From Myxococcota bacterium (GTDB lineage Bacteria; Myxococcota_A; UBA9160; JAFDDA01), in assembly GCA_965228475.1 (NCBI GenBank), contig OZ245817.1, forward strand, positions 32,001 to 96,000: a stretch of DNA of 64,000 nucleotides, read 5' to 3'. Shown piece by piece: positions 17,732-29,233 of this stretch; within the stretch, counting starts at the first letter, position 1, and the number at the start of each line of letters is the position of its first letter. The notes under the pieces are model-generated. The model was not told the origin of the DNA. It made no database searches and saw only the letters and a list, made by a program, of their open reading frames with translations. A program made the translations under genes and the position numbers.

Positions 17732-19756
17732 ATGCTGAACGGCGACGGACAGTCGAGCGAGCTGCTGCGCTGGATCCCGGCCCTGCCGCTGCTGGGTGCG
17801 CTGGTCCACGGCGTCTCCCTCGCCGTGCTGCGGCGCCCGCTCCCGCGCGCGGGAGTGATCGGCGTCTCCTGCGGCGTCGTGCTGCTCTCCTTCCTGGCCT
17901 CGGTGCTGGCCGTGGCCGAGCTGCTCGCCCATCCGGCCGAGAGCCGCGTTCTCACGGACGGCCTCTTCACCTGGATCGGCGCGGGCCGCTTCCATGCGGA
18001 AGCCGCGCTGCTCCTCGACCCCCTCTCGGCGACGATGATCCTCATCGTCACCGGCGTCGGCTTCCTGATCCACGTCTACTCGATCGGGTACATGGACGAG
18101 GACCATCGCGACGACGCCGGCTTCCAGCGCTTCTTCGCCTACCTGAACCTGTTCACCTTCTCGATGCTCGTGCTGGTGCTCGGCGACAACCTGCTCCTGC
18201 TCTTCCTCGGCTGGGAAGGCGTGGGCCTCTGTTCCTACCTGTTGATCGGGTTCTGGTACGCCGACCGCTACAACGCCTACTGCGGGAGCAAGGCCTTCCT
18301 CGTGAACCGCGTGGGCGACTTCGGCTTCCTCGTCGGGATCTTCCTGCTGTTCGCGTCGCTCGCGGAGGCCGGCCAGGCGACGGTGGCCTTCCGCGACATC
18401 GGCGCCCAGATCGGCCTGCTCGCGGACCGCACCGTCGCCGTCCCCTTCTTCGGGGAGTGGAAGCTCCTGACGGTGATCGGCCTGTGCTTCTTCGTCGGCG
18501 CGATGGGCAAGAGCGCCCAGCTCCCGCTCTACGTCTGGCTGCCCGACGCGATGGCGGGCCCGACGCCCGTCTCGGCCCTCATCCACGCCGCGACGATGGT
18601 GACCGCCGGCGTCTACATGATCTGCCGGATGAGCTTCCTCTACGCCGAGGCGCCGGGCGCCTCCGCGGTGATCGCCTGGACGGGAGCGCTGACGGCGCTG
18701 TTCGCGGCGACGATCGCCGTGGTCCAGACCGACATCAAGAAGGTCCTCGCCTACTCGACGGTGAGCCAGCTCGGGTACATGTTCCTCGCGGCCGGCTGCG
18801 GCGGCTACGCGGCCGCGGTCTTCCACCTCGGGACCCACGCCTTCTTCAAGGCGCTGCTCTTCCTCGGCGCCGGCGCCGTGATCCTCGCCCTGCACCACGA
18901 GCAGGACACGGACAAGATGGGCGGTCTGAAGAGCTACCTGCCGAGGACCCAGGCCCTGTTCGGCGTCGGCGTGCTCGCGATCGCGGGGTTCCCGTTCCTT
19001 TCGGGCTTCTTCTCGAAGGACGAGGTCCTGCTCTCGGTGTTCGCCGCCGAGCACATTCCGGGCCACGGTGTGCTCTACGGCATCGGCCTCGGCACCGCCG
19101 TTCTGACCGCCTTCTACATGTTCCGGCTCCACCTGCGAACGTTCTACGGGCGGTGCCGCGCGAGCTACGAGGTCCGTTCGAAGATCGAGGAGCCCGGCGA
19201 GACCGTGCTCTACCCGCTCTACGTGCTGGCCTTCCTGTCCCTCGTGGCGGGAGCGCTCTCCCCGCCGCAGCTCTGGGGCGACCTGCTCGGCGTCGAGAAC
19301 TCGAACAGCCTGCACCACTTCCTCGAGCCCGTCCTCGCCCACGCCCCGGCCCACGCGGTGAGCCACGCGACCGAGTGGCTGCTCGTCCTGGCCGCCGTCA
19401 CGGCCTTCGCGCTCGGCGCCGGCGCCGCCGTCCACCTCTACCACCAGCATCCCGAGCGGCCGGCCCGCATCCGCGCCCGCCTCGCCGGGCTCCACCGCCT
19501 CGTCGTGAACAAGTACTGGGTGGACGAGCTCTACGACGCGGTGCTCGTGCGCCCGCTCGTCGCCGTCTCGGACCGCGTGCTCTTCCGCATCGTCGACGTG
19601 CGCGGCATCGACGGCCTCGCGAACGGCAGCGCCGCCTTCCTGCGCGGGCTCGCCGCACGCGGCTTGAAGCACGCCCAGGGCGGCTTTGCCCAGGGCTACC
19701 TCTTCCTCATGATCGCGGGCACGCTCGCGGTCCTCGGCTACCTGGCGGGCTCCTGA
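17732..19756 (+). CDS. nuoL: NADH-quinone oxidoreductase subunit L
   Basis: GWEGVGLCSYLLIGFW, KSAQLPL..WLPDAMAGPTPVSALIHAATMV. Confidence 0.97.
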   Translation: MLNGDGQSSELLRWIPALPLLGALVHGVSLAVLRRPLPRAGVIGVSCGVVLLSFLASVLAVAELLAHPAESRVLTDGLFTWIGAGRFHAEAALLLDPLSATMILIVTGVGFLIHVYSIGYMDEDHRDDAGFQRFFAYLNLFTFSMLVLVLGDNLLLLFLGWEGVGLCSYLLIGFWYADRYNAYCGSKAFLVNRVGDFGFLVGIFLLFASLAEAGQATVAFRDIGAQIGLLADRTVAVPFFGEWKLLTVIGLCFFVGAMGKSAQLPLYVWLPDAMAGPTPVSALIHAATMVTAGVYMICRMSFLYAEAPGASAVIAWTGALTALFAATIAVVQTDIKKVLAYSTVSQLGYMFLAAGCGGYAAAVFHLGTHAFFKALLFLGAGAVILALHHEQDTDKMGGLKSYLPRTQALFGVGVLAIAGFPFLSGFFSKDEVLLSVFAAEHIPGHGVLYGIGLGTAVLTAFYMFRLHLRTFYGRCRASYEVRSKIEEPGETVLYPLYVLAFLSLVAGALSPPQLWGDLLGVENSNSLHHFLEPVLAHAPAHAVSHATEWLLVLAAVTAFALGAGAAVHLYHQHPERPARIRARLAGLHRLVVNKYWVDELYDAVLVRPLVAVSDRVLFRIVDVRGIDGLANGSAAFLRGLAARGLKHAQGGFAQGYLFLMIAGTLAVLGYLAGS

Positions 19757-21432
19757 TGCATCTCGACGCCCACCTGCTCGCCCTCGTGACCTTCCTGCCC
19801 CTCGGCGTCGGGCTCGCGATGATGGCGCTCTCGGCGTTCCTGCACGTGCCGGCGGAGCTCTGGCGCGCGGCGGGCCTCTCGGTGACCGTGCTCGTCTTCC
19901 TGCTCTCGCTCCGCCTCTGGGTGCTCTTCGATCCCACCGAGACGGGCTACCAGTTCGTCGAGTACTTCCCGTGGCTCCCGGATCTCGGCATCCACTACTT
20001 CGTCGGGCTCGATGGGATCAGCCTGCTGCTGGTCCTGCTGACGACCTTCCTGATGCCGATCGTCCTGCTCGCCTCCTGGAACGACGTCCAGAAGTCGACT
20101 CCGGCCTTCGTCTTCCACAACCTGTTCCTGCAGACCGGGATGATCGGCGCCTTCGTCTCGCTGAACCTCTTCCAGTTCTATCTGTTCTGGGAGCTGATGC
20201 TCGTCCCGATGTACTTCATCATCGGCGTGTGGGGCGGCCCGCGGCGCGTCTACGCGGCCGTGAAGTTCTTCCTCTTCACCATGGCGGGCTCGCTCTTGAT
20301 GCTCGTGGCGGCGCTGGTGCTCTACGCGCTCCACGCCGAGCAGTTCGGCAGCCCGAACCTCGACCTCGTCGCAATCCCGGGGGTGAACGACGGCGTTCCG
20401 GGCCTGCTCGACGTCGCGGTGCCCCTGGCCGGCGAGGCCGTCTGGTGGAAGACCCAGCCCTGGCTGTTCGGCGCCTTCGCCCTGGCCTTCGCGGTGAAGG
20501 TGCCGATCTGGCCGTTCCATACCTGGCTGCCCGATGCCCACGTCGAAGCGCCGACGGCCGGCTCGGCGATCCTCGCCGGCGTTCTCCTCAAGATGGGGAT
20601 CTACGGGTTCCTGCGTTTCGCCCTGCCGCTCTTCCCGGTGGCGGCGGTCTCCTTCGTTCCGGTGTTCTTCGCCCTCGCGATCGTCGGCGTCGTCTACGGC
20701 TCGCTCGTGGCGATGGTGCAGCAAGACGTGAAGAAGCTCGTCGCCTACTCCTCGGTGGCCCATCTCGGCTTCGTCGTGCTCGGGACCTTCGCGCTGAACC
20801 TCGAGGGTCTCGAGGGCGCGGTGCTCCAGATGGTGAACCACGGGCTCTCGACCGGCGCCCTCTTCCTGCTGATCGGGATGCTCTACGAGCGCCGGCACAC
20901 GCGGCAGATCGCGGACTTCGGCGGACTCACCCAGGTGATGCCGGTCTTCGCCGCGGCCTTCGTGCTGGTGACGATGTCGAGCATCGGCCTGCCGATGCTG
21001 AACGGGTTCGTCGGCGAGTTCCTGATCCTGCTCGGCGTCTTCCTCGCCGACCCGTGGGTCGCCGTGGTGGCCGCGAGCGGCGTCGTGCTCGCGGCGGCCT
21101 ACATGCTCTGGATGGTTCGCCGGGTCTTCTTCGGTCCGCTCGAGAATCCGGAGAACCGGGCGCTCTCGGACCTCAGCCTGCGCGAGAGCTTCATCGCCCT
21201 CGCGCTCATCGTTCCGATCGTGTGGATCGGCGTCCAGCCGGGTCCGTTCCTGCGGCGCCTCGACGCCTCGGTGATCGAGCTCGTGCGCACGATGGAGGTG
21301 CGTGGCGCAGACCTGGCCTCGCGCAACGGCGGCTTCAGCGCGCTCCGCCCGGCCGGGGACGGCGCCGAGGAAAGCCCCGCCCCTCTGCCTTCCTCGCCTG
21401 CGGTGCGCCTGGCCGCGGAGCCGCCGCGATGA
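19756..21432 (+). CDS. nuoM: NADH-quinone oxidoreductase subunit M
   Basis: ATG at 19756 (TGATG overlap); FWELMLVPM, KVPIWPFHTWLPDAHVEAPT. Confidence 0.96.
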   Translation: MHLDAHLLALVTFLPLGVGLAMMALSAFLHVPAELWRAAGLSVTVLVFLLSLRLWVLFDPTETGYQFVEYFPWLPDLGIHYFVGLDGISLLLVLLTTFLMPIVLLASWNDVQKSTPAFVFHNLFLQTGMIGAFVSLNLFQFYLFWELMLVPMYFIIGVWGGPRRVYAAVKFFLFTMAGSLLMLVAALVLYALHAEQFGSPNLDLVAIPGVNDGVPGLLDVAVPLAGEAVWWKTQPWLFGAFALAFAVKVPIWPFHTWLPDAHVEAPTAGSAILAGVLLKMGIYGFLRFALPLFPVAAVSFVPVFFALAIVGVVYGSLVAMVQQDVKKLVAYSSVAHLGFVVLGTFALNLEGLEGAVLQMVNHGLSTGALFLLIGMLYERRHTRQIADFGGLTQVMPVFAAAFVLVTMSSIGLPMLNGFVGEFLILLGVFLADPWVAVVAASGVVLAAAYMLWMVRRVFFGPLENPENRALSDLSLRESFIALALIVPIVWIGVQPGPFLRRLDASVIELVRTMEVRGADLASRNGGFSALRPAGDGAEESPAPLPSSPAVRLAAEPPR

Positions 21433-22937
21433 TCGAAGCCCCGAACCTGCGGCTCGACGCCCTCGCTCCGCTGGCCTTCATCGGCTTCGGAGCCCTGGCC
21501 GTGCTCATCGGAGAGGTCCTCCTCACCCGCGCGAAGTCCGTGCGCGAGCGCTCCTCGCCGGAGGTCTTCGTCGGCACGATGCTCTCCCTCGGAGCGGCGG
21601 CGACCCTGGCCTTGACCCTCGTCGTCGCGGCCCAGGCGTTCATGTCGAACACCGCGTGGTCCTTCAACCTCGACCACCCCATGCTCCAGTTCGACCGCTT
21701 CGCGAACTTCGGCATCGGGCTCCTCGCCATGGCCGGCATCCTGATCTGTTCGATCTCCGCGGACTACCTGAACGGCCTCCGCATCCACCACGGCGAGTAC
21801 TATGCCTTCCTGCTGATCGCCCTGGCCGGGATGGTGATCATGATCGCGGCCGTCGATCTGATGACCGTCTTCCTCGGCCTCGAGATCATGAGCCTGCCCG
21901 TCTACGTGCTCGCCGGCTTCGACCGCCGAAAGCTCCGCAGCAACGAGTCTTCGCTCAAGTACTTCGTGATCGGCGCCTTCGCCTCGGGCCTCTTGCTGTA
22001 CGGGATGGCGCTGCTCTACGGCGCGACGGGCAGCACCCAGTTCGATCTGATCCGCGCCCGCTTCGATCCGGAGAGCCCCCTGGCCATGGCGGGGCTCGGT
22101 CTCCTGGTGGTGGGCTTCGCCTTCAAGATCGCCTCGGTCCCGTTCCACCAGTGGGCGCCCGACGTCTACGAAGGCGCGCCCACCTCGGTGACGGCGTTCA
22201 TGGCCGTGGCCGTGAAGGTGGCCGCGTTCATGACGCTCACGCGCATGCTGCTCACGGCCTTCGAGTCCGTCGCGGGGCTCGAGAACGTGCTCCTGGCGAT
22301 GGCGGCCGCGAGCATGATCGTCGGGAACCTGATGGCGGTGATCCAGGAGAACGTGAAGCGGATGCTCGCCTACTCGAGCGTCGCCCACACCGGATACCTG
22401 CTGATCGGCTTCGTCGCGGCGACGACCGAGGCCCACGCCGCGCTCCTCTTCTACCTCTTCGTCTACGTCTTCATGACGCTCGGCGCCTTCACCGCGATCA
22501 TCGTGCTGGCCCAGCGCGGCCGGGAGGCCGAGACCTTCGACGACTTCGCCGGCCTGGCCCAGCAGCGGCCGGCGCTCGCCTGGGCCATGGTGCTCTTCAT
22601 GCTCTCCCTGGCGGGAATCCCGGGGACGGCCGGGTTCATGGCGAAGTTCAGCCTCTTCAGCGCGGCGGCCGCCGCGGGCCAGGTGCCCCTCGTCCTGCTG
22701 GCGGTCTTCGCGAGCCTCGTCTCGGTCTTCTACTACCTGCGCCTGCCGGTGGTGATGTTCATGCGCGAGCCCGCCGAGGAGCCGCGCCAGTCGACCGCGA
22801 GCGGCGAGGGGTTCGCCCTCTTCGTGTGCGTCGCGCTGGTTCTGGTGCTCGGCTTCTTCCCGAGCGGCGGACCCTTCTGGCTCGAGCATCTGCGCGTCCT
22901 CGACTGGGCGCGCGAGTCGGTGGCTTTCCTGCCCTAG
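21429..22937 (+). CDS. nuoN: NADH-quinone oxidoreductase subunit N
   Basis: ATG at 21429; KYFVIGA, FKIASVPFHQWAPDVYEGAP, KRMLAYSS. Confidence 0.96.
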   Translation: MIEAPNLRLDALAPLAFIGFGALAVLIGEVLLTRAKSVRERSSPEVFVGTMLSLGAAATLALTLVVAAQAFMSNTAWSFNLDHPMLQFDRFANFGIGLLAMAGILICSISADYLNGLRIHHGEYYAFLLIALAGMVIMIAAVDLMTVFLGLEIMSLPVYVLAGFDRRKLRSNESSLKYFVIGAFASGLLLYGMALLYGATGSTQFDLIRARFDPESPLAMAGLGLLVVGFAFKIASVPFHQWAPDVYEGAPTSVTAFMAVAVKVAAFMTLTRMLLTAFESVAGLENVLLAMAAASMIVGNLMAVIQENVKRMLAYSSVAHTGYLLIGFVAATTEAHAALLFYLFVYVFMTLGAFTAIIVLAQRGREAETFDDFAGLAQQRPALAWAMVLFMLSLAGIPGTAGFMAKFSLFSAAAAAGQVPLVLLAVFASLVSVFYYLRLPVVMFMREPAEEPRQSTASGEGFALFVCVALVLVLGFFPSGGPFWLEHLRVLDWARESVAFLP

Positions 22938-24139
22938 GGCGCGGAGGTGTCGAACTCTTCCGCCGGCACGGCCTCGACCGCGACGCCGTCCTCGACCCGA
23001 TCCGAGGGGAAGACCACCACTTCTTCGCCCGCTTCCGCCCCGCCGAGAAGCTCCGCCCGCTCGGCACCGCAGGCACCGATCTCGACCCGCGCGAGCCGGG
23101 CGGCGCCGTCCCGCACGACGAAGCTCGACCAGCCCGGGCCGCGCCGGAAGAGCGCACTCGTCGGGATCGTCAGAACGTCCTCGCTCCGCCAGACGACGAT
23201 CGCGACCTCGACGCGGAATTCGGCGCCGAGCGAGGGCGGCGGGTCGGCGAGGTCGATGATCACGTTCACGCGCTGCTCTTCCACGCCCAGGGCCGAGAGC
23301 TCGGTGAAGCCCTTGGGCTCGACGTGGCGCACCGTGCCCTCGAGTTCGACGCCGCCGCCCCAGCCCGTGATGCGCACGCGGTCTCCGGAGGAGACGCGGA
23401 CCGCCTGCTCGGTGACGAGATCCGCGACGATCTCGAGCCCCGCGGAATCGCTCAGCTCGAACAGCGGCGTGCCGGCCGGAACCACGCGCTCGCTCTCTTC
23501 GAAGACCGAGAGCACCGTGCCCGAGGCCGGCGCGCGGACGGGCTCCTCGCGCCCGGAGCCCTCCGCCCCGGCGCCGCTCTCGGACAGGCGCGCCGCGACC
23601 CGTTCGATCTCGGCCTGGGCCGCGCGCACCGAGGCGCGCACGGCGCCGAGGTGGGCGCTCGCCGCTCGGGCGGCCTGCTCGTAGCGCTCGAGCGTTTCCG
23701 TGCTGACCGCTCCGCGCTCGAACAGTTCGCGCCTCCGCTCGGCTTCCCGCTTCGCCCGGGCGTTCGCGCTGCGTGCCTCGCCGAGCGTCGCCTCGGCTTC
23801 CTTCTCGCGCGCTTCGGCCACGGCGAGCTCGGCGCGTAGCGAGGCGAGCTCGCGCGGATCCACCGGGGGCGGGAGCATCATCGCGAGGACGTCTCCGGCC
23901 GAAACGCGGTGCCCTTCCTCCACTCCGGTGCGCAGGAGCCGCCCCGTGATCGGTGCGGCGACGACGAAGCGCTCGCGGGCCCGGGTCCGGCCCTGCTCCT
24001 CCACCGTCACTTCGAGCGCCTGGCGGCGCACCGGCGCGGTCTCCACGGGCACGCGTTCGGGCCGAAGCGCCTGGAACACGAAGGCCGCGAGCACGAGGAG
24101 CCCGATGGCGATGAACACACGTCGTCTGCCTTGGCCCAC
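22934..24139 (-). CDS. Efflux membrane-fusion protein (HlyD/MacA-like)
   Basis: N-terminal TM, lipoyl and coiled-coil hairpin, SALGVEEQRV motif. Confidence 0.9.
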   Translation of the reverse strand: MGQGRRRVFIAIGLLVLAAFVFQALRPERVPVETAPVRRQALEVTVEEQGRTRARERFVVAAPITGRLLRTGVEEGHRVSAGDVLAMMLPPPVDPRELASLRAELAVAEAREKEAEATLGEARSANARAKREAERRRELFERGAVSTETLERYEQAARAASAHLGAVRASVRAAQAEIERVAARLSESGAGAEGSGREEPVRAPASGTVLSVFEESERVVPAGTPLFELSDSAGLEIVADLVTEQAVRVSSGDRVRITGWGGGVELEGTVRHVEPKGFTELSALGVEEQRVNVIIDLADPPPSLGAEFRVEVAIVVWRSEDVLTIPTSALFRRGPGWSSFVVRDGAARLARVEIGACGAERAELLGGAEAGEEVVVFPSDRVEDGVAVEAVPAEEFDTSAP

Positions 24140-24145
24140 GGCGTT

Positions 24146-26509
24146 TCACTCCCGCGTCTTCAAGACCGCGATCAGGTCGAGGTGGTCGATGCGGCGGCGC
24201 ACGATCCAGGCGCTCGCTGCGGCAGCGACCACGATCGCCGCTGCGGAGAACGCATAGGTCCGCCCGCTCACCAGGAGCGGCACGCGGAAGGCTTCCGTCG
24301 CCATGGCCTCGACGACCGCGAAGGAAAGGGCATAGCCGATGAGCCAGCCGAGCGGAATCGCCGCGAGGGTCACGACGGCCTGCTCGCCGAGCAGTAGCGC
24401 GGAGACCTCGCTCCTCCGGAAGCCGATCACGCGCAGGCTCGCGAGCTCCCGGCCGCGCTCCGAGAGGGCGATCCGCGCCCCGTTGTAGACCACCGCCACG
24501 GCGATCACCCCCGCAAAGCCGAGCAGGAAGGCGACGGAGACGAACAGGCTCTCGGCCATCTGCTTCTCGAAGGTCGCGAGCATCGATGCGGGGGCGGCCA
24601 CCGACGCGACGGCCGGGACTTCCTTCAGCGAATGGCTGAGGGCCGCCCTTCGTTCGTCTTCGACGAGCAGGTGTGCGCCCGTGACGCGGCCGGGCTCGCG
24701 GGAGAGGCGTTCGAGCGCGTCCCGGTTCATCGTGGCGGAGAGCCCCATGAAGTCGTCGACGGTTCCGGCCACCCGGACCGTGCCGTGTTCGCGGCGGCCC
24801 TCGAGCAGCTCGACGATCAGCTCGTCGCCCGGCCCGACGGCGAGCTTCTCCGCGAGGTAACTCGAGAGCACGACGCCCTCGCTCGGGAGCGGGTGCACGC
24901 GGCGGTCCAGGGAAACGATCCGGCGCAGGCGGCCCTCCGGCTCACGGCCCTCGAGGCCGACCTCGCGCTCGCGGTGCCCGGAGCGGAGCCGCGCCGGAAT
25001 CACGCGGAACGTCTCGACCCGCGTCACGCCCTCCATGCGCCGCAGGTCGTTGTGGACGCGCGAGGGCCGGTCCTGCTCGAAGGTCACGGTCATGTCTTCC
25101 CGTTGGATCTCGTTGAACTGGAGATCCATCATGTAGGCCACGCCGTCGAACATGAAGAACCCGATCAGCAGGATGGCGACGGAGAAGGCCACGCCCACCG
25201 AGGAAAGGATGGCGCGCACCGGACGCCGCTCGAAGTTCCGCAGGGTCATGCGGCTCGCGGGGGAGAGCCAGCCGCCGGCGCCGAGGCGCTCGAGCGGGCC
25301 GGCGTGGAAGCGGGCCGGGGGTTCCGGGCGCATGGCTTCGGCCGGCGGCAGGTTCACGGCCTTGCGGACCGCGCCGAGCGCCCCGCCCACCGCCGCGAGC
25401 AGGCTGACCGCGGTGGCCCCCGCCAGGAGCGAAGGGCTCAGCCGGTACACGAGGCTCGGGAAGTCGAAGTACTGGCCGTAGAAGCCGAGGTAGCCGCGGC
25501 CGAGCCACGCGCCTCCGGCCGCGCCGAGCACCACGCCCGCGACGACGGCCACCAGGGCGAAGCTCAGGTAGTGGAAGCCGACCTGTCGGTCCGTGTACCC
25601 GAACGCCTTCAGCACGGCGATCTCCGAACGCTGGGTTGCGATCAAACGGCCGAGCACGAGGTTCAGGAGGAAGGCCGCGATCCCGAGGAACACGGCGGGG
25701 ATCACGCTTCCCGTCACGCGGTTCTGATCGAGTTCGCCTTCGAGGATGCGGTGGGAGGGCTGGTCCGCGCGGTCGTAGGCGCCGAGCCCGCCGTAGGGCG
25801 CGAGCAGATCGTCGACGCGATCGATCACGGCGTTCGGGTCCGCGCCGGGGCTGATCCGCAGGAGCGCTTCGTTGAAGGCGCCGTCCATGTCGTAGGCCGG
25901 GCCGAGGTCCGCGCGGCTCATCCACAGCACGCCGTAGCGGTCGTCCTCCGGGAGGAGCCCGCCGGGCGGGGTGGCGTAGGCGTGCTCCGGCGAGAGGGCG
26001 ATCCCCACGATGGAAAGCTCCCGGGCACGGCCGTTGATCACGGCGCGGACCGTATCTCCGGGTTCGTAGCCCCGGGCGTCGGCGAACTTCTTGCTCACGA
26101 GGACTTCGTCGCGCGCGCCCGGCGCGAGGTAGCGTCCGCGGGAGACGTGGACGTCGTTCAGGACGGCGCGCCCGCGCTCCGGCAGCGAGACGAACTGGCC
26201 CTGGGCGGGGACGTCGAGCCCCGGCAGGTCGAGCGTCGCGAGCAGCGTCACGCGCGTGTCGACCGCGGCGACGCCCGGCAGCCGGGCCAGCTTCTCGCGC
26301 ACGGATTCCGGCGCGCGCTTGAGCGGCGCCCACACGTCCGCGAAGCGCATGTCCCGGTAGTAGGCCTGCTGCGTCTCGACCAGACACTCGTAGCTGCCGC
26401 GCATGGTGGCGACGGTCATGATGCCGCTCGCCACCACGAGCCCGATCGAGATCATCTGGCTGCGCAGCCGCCAGAGCTCGCGGAAGAGCTTCCGGTCTAG
26501 CGCCCGCAC
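24146..26509 (-). CDS. ABC transporter permease (MacB/FtsX-like, two repeats)
   Basis: GTG at 26509 ([14 protein letters not shown]); [12 protein letters not shown] and [13 protein letters not shown] motifs. Confidence 0.92.
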   Translation of the reverse strand: MRALDRKLFRELWRLRSQMISIGLVVASGIMTVATMRGSYECLVETQQAYYRDMRFADVWAPLKRAPESVREKLARLPGVAAVDTRVTLLATLDLPGLDVPAQGQFVSLPERGRAVLNDVHVSRGRYLAPGARDEVLVSKKFADARGYEPGDTVRAVINGRARELSIVGIALSPEHAYATPPGGLLPEDDRYGVLWMSRADLGPAYDMDGAFNEALLRISPGADPNAVIDRVDDLLAPYGGLGAYDRADQPSHRILEGELDQNRVTGSVIPAVFLGIAAFLLNLVLGRLIATQRSEIAVLKAFGYTDRQVGFHYLSFALVAVVAGVVLGAAGGAWLGRGYLGFYGQYFDFPSLVYRLSPSLLAGATAVSLLAAVGGALGAVRKAVNLPPAEAMRPEPPARFHAGPLERLGAGGWLSPASRMTLRNFERRPVRAILSSVGVAFSVAILLIGFFMFDGVAYMMDLQFNEIQREDMTVTFEQDRPSRVHNDLRRMEGVTRVETFRVIPARLRSGHREREVGLEGREPEGRLRRIVSLDRRVHPLPSEGVVLSSYLAEKLAVGPGDELIVELLEGRREHGTVRVAGTVDDFMGLSATMNRDALERLSREPGRVTGAHLLVEDERRAALSHSLKEVPAVASVAAPASMLATFEKQMAESLFVSVAFLLGFAGVIAVAVVYNGARIALSERGRELASLRVIGFRRSEVSALLLGEQAVVTLAAIPLGWLIGYALSFAVVEAMATEAFRVPLLVSGRTYAFSAAAIVVAAAASAWIVRRRIDHLDLIAVLKTRE

Positions 26510-26528
26510 GCCGTCCGCCCGGTTCGGC

Positions 26529-27266
26529 TCACCACGCGATCTCCTCGATGCCGGCGCGGCGTTCGTTGCGGGTGCGTTCGGCGATCTCACCGCTTCGCAT
26601 GCGCAGGACCGAGTCTCCGAGCCCGGCGATGGCGGCGTTGTGGGTGATGATCGCGGTGGTGGTTCCCGTTTCCCGGTTCACGCGCTCGAGCACGGAGAGG
26701 ACGAGCTTTCCGGTCTCGGCGTCGAGCGCCCCGGTGGGCTCGTCGCACAGCAGGACGTCGGGCTGCTTCGCCACGGCGCGAGCGATGGCGACGCGCTGCT
26801 GCTCGCCGCCCGAGAGCTGCGCGGGGAAATGGTTCAGACGCTCTTCGAGGCCGACCATGGCGAGCGCTTCTTCGGGCGGCATCGGCCGCGGGGCGACGTC
26901 GGTCACCAGGGCGACGTTCTCCCGGGCCGTGAGGCTCGGGATCAGGTTGTAGAACTGGAAGACGAAGCCCACGTGCTGGCGGCGGTACTCGGTCAAGCCG
27001 TCGTCGTCGAGGGCGGAGAGTTCTTCGTCGCGGTAGTGGAGGGTGCCGCTCGTCGGGAGGTCGAGGCCGCCGAGGATGTTCAGCAGGGTCGACTTGCCGC
27101 TCCCGGAGGCGCCGAGCAGGACGAGGAGTTCGCCGGCGAAGAGGTCGACGTCGACGGAGCGCAGGGCGTGCACCGTGACTTCGCCCATTTCGTAGATCTT
27201 CGAGACGCCGCGCGCCCGGAGGACGGACGGGCCGGACGGCTCTCGGCTCGGCTCGGACATCGTCAC
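26529..27266 (-). CDS. ABC transporter ATP-binding protein (LolD/MacB-like)
   Basis: [30 protein letters not shown]. Confidence 0.96.
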   Translation of the reverse strand: MTMSEPSREPSGPSVLRARGVSKIYEMGEVTVHALRSVDVDLFAGELLVLLGASGSGKSTLLNILGGLDLPTSGTLHYRDEELSALDDDGLTEYRRQHVGFVFQFYNLIPSLTARENVALVTDVAPRPMPPEEALAMVGLEERLNHFPAQLSGGEQQRVAIARAVAKQPDVLLCDEPTGALDAETGKLVLSVLERVNRETGTTTAIITHNAAIAGLGDSVLRMRSGEIAERTRNERRAGIEEIAW

Positions 27267-27303
27267 ACCGGGAAGGTACCGAAAGGGGTCTGCGCGCGTC
27301 GGG

Positions 27304-29223
27304 TCAGGGCTTGCGCAGGACGCGCACGTCGCCGCGCCGCGCGGTCAGCTTCTCTTCGTCGAAGAGTTCCATCAGCGGGACGACGTGCTTGCGGGTCGCC
27401 CCGATCAGGCCCTTGTAGGTGGCGGTGTCGATCTCGCCCGTCTCGGCGAGATGGGCCCGCACGCGGTCGCGCAGGCCGTCGACGGCGCCGGCATGGAAGA
27501 AGAGGTCCCCGGGCGCGCGCACGATCTCGCCCGTGCGTTCGAGCCAGGCCAGGAGGTCGCGCAGGCGCGGTTCCGCGATGCCGAGCTGCTCGCACCAATC
27601 CCGGAGGGTCGGCGGAGTGAGCGCCGTCGCCTCCATCTGCTGGCGAAGTGTGGCAACGAGTCCCTCGTCTTCGGTCGAGAGCTGCGGCTCGTGGGAGGCG
27701 AGCCGAACGAGCTTGCCTTCGAGACGAACCCGATCGGCTTCGGCGAGCCGGGCGAGCGCCGCGTCGGCGACCTCCGGTGGGACGTTCTCGGGGAGCGCGC
27801 CGCGCAGCGAAGCGAGCGGCATGCCGGGGAGCAGCGGCTCTGCTTCGTGAAAGCGCGCGAGCACCGACTCGAGGATCGGCGCGAGCTTCTCGGGGACGCT
27901 CTCCGAGAGCCAAAGGGCACCGCGCGTGCGCGTGGCACCGGGGAGGGTCTCGAGTTCGGCTTCGACCGTCTTGGCGTCGAGCCCGGTCCGGTGCGCGAGG
28001 GTCTCGGCGGCGACCCCCGCGAGGCCGGCGCGTTCGACCTGGAGCCGAAGCGTCTCCGCGGGAATTCCCTTCCTGAGGATGGCGAGCTCTTCCGCGAGCC
28101 GCGGCGAGGAGAGCCGGCGGTGGGGCGGTGCGACGTCGAGCACCTCGCCGCCGCCGAGCGTGCGCCCGCCGTCGGCGCCGGGCGAGAAGCCCCGAAGGAC
28201 GAAGCGGTCGCCCGGCAGGAGCGGAAGCCCGGTGTGCTCGAGATGGATCCGGACGAAGCCGTCGCCGCCCGCGGCGATCCCGCCGCCGACCGGGGCGATG
28301 CGGGCGGCGCGTTCCGCCGTTCCGGCGAGGAAGAGCACGGAGGTCGGCCCGTCGAGCGCGGGCGCCTCCCGCAGCCAGGCGACGTGGGCGTCGATCACCC
28401 GGGTCACGCCGACGCGGCCGGACGGTGCGACGGTGGCGCCGCGCGGCGCATCGGCGAGCTCGATGCCCTGGAGGTTCAGCGCGCAGCGCACGCCCGGCTC
28501 CGTGCGCGCGACGGATTCGCTGTGACACTCGATGCCGCGGATACGGCCGCGGGCTCCCCCCGGCAGGACCTCGACGGCGTCGCCCTCGGCGACCGCGCCC
28601 CCGACGAGGGTCCCCGTCACGACCGTGCCGAAGCCCTTCATGACGAAGCTCCGGTCGATGGCGAGGCGTGGCGTTCCGCTGCGGACCGTTCGCGCGGGCG
28701 CCGCGTCCACCGCGGCGAGGAGCTCGGCGCGAAGCGCGTCGATCCCGAGCCCGGACGTCGAGGACGTGTGGACGATCGGCGCGTCGGCGAGCGCGCTGCC
28801 GGCCAGGAGGTCGCGGGCCTCTTCCTCGGCGAGCTCGGCGGTTTCCTCGTCCGCGGCGTCGCACTTGGTGAGGGCGACCACGCCCGAGGTGATGCCGAGC
28901 AGCCGCGCGATGGCGGCGTGCTCGCGGGTCTGGGGCATCACGCCTTCGTCGGCCGCGACCACGAGCAGGAGCACGTCGATCCCCATGGCGCCCGCGACCA
29001 TGGTGCGCACGAGCCCTTCGTGGCCCGGGACGTCGATCACCGAGAGCCGGGTGCCGTCCCCGAGGTCGAGCGGTGCGAAGCCGAGCTCGACCGTGATCCC
29101 GCGCTCCTTCTCCTCGGGCAGGCGATCGCAGTCGATCCCGGTGAGCGCGCGCACGAGCGCGGTCTTCCCGTGGTCGATGTGGCCGGCGGTGCCGAGGATT
29201 CGGTGGCGATGGGGGGCGGGCAT
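27304..29223 (-). CDS. selB: Selenocysteine-specific elongation factor
   Basis: [29 protein letters not shown]-terminal winged helices with [12 protein letters not shown]. Confidence 0.96.
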   Translation of the reverse strand: MPAPHRHRILGTAGHIDHGKTALVRALTGIDCDRLPEEKERGITVELGFAPLDLGDGTRLSVIDVPGHEGLVRTMVAGAMGIDVLLLVVAADEGVMPQTREHAAIARLLGITSGVVALTKCDAADEETAELAEEEARDLLAGSALADAPIVHTSSTSGLGIDALRAELLAAVDAAPARTVRSGTPRLAIDRSFVMKGFGTVVTGTLVGGAVAEGDAVEVLPGGARGRIRGIECHSESVARTEPGVRCALNLQGIELADAPRGATVAPSGRVGVTRVIDAHVAWLREAPALDGPTSVLFLAGTAERAARIAPVGGGIAAGGDGFVRIHLEHTGLPLLPGDRFVLRGFSPGADGGRTLGGGEVLDVAPPHRRLSSPRLAEELAILRKGIPAETLRLQVERAGLAGVAAETLAHRTGLDAKTVEAELETLPGATRTRGALWLSESVPEKLAPILESVLARFHEAEPLLPGMPLASLRGALPENVPPEVADAALARLAEADRVRLEGKLVRLASHEPQLSTEDEGLVATLRQQMEATALTPPTLRDWCEQLGIAEPRLRDLLAWLERTGEIVRAPGDLFFHAGAVDGLRDRVRAHLAETGEIDTATYKGLIGATRKHVVPLMELFDEEKLTARRGDVRVLRKP

Positions 29224-29233
29224 GCCGCGGCCG

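Noticed and set aside
17706..17738. Possible fourth bridge mini-ORF between nuoK and nuoL ([10 protein letters not shown])
   Set aside because: It overlaps both genes but has only a 7-bp repeat (TGCTGAA), so it could be chance.
27304..29223. Selenoprotein genes or tRNA-Sec near selB
   Set aside because: No in-frame UGA-interrupted gene or tRNA structure recognised in the window.
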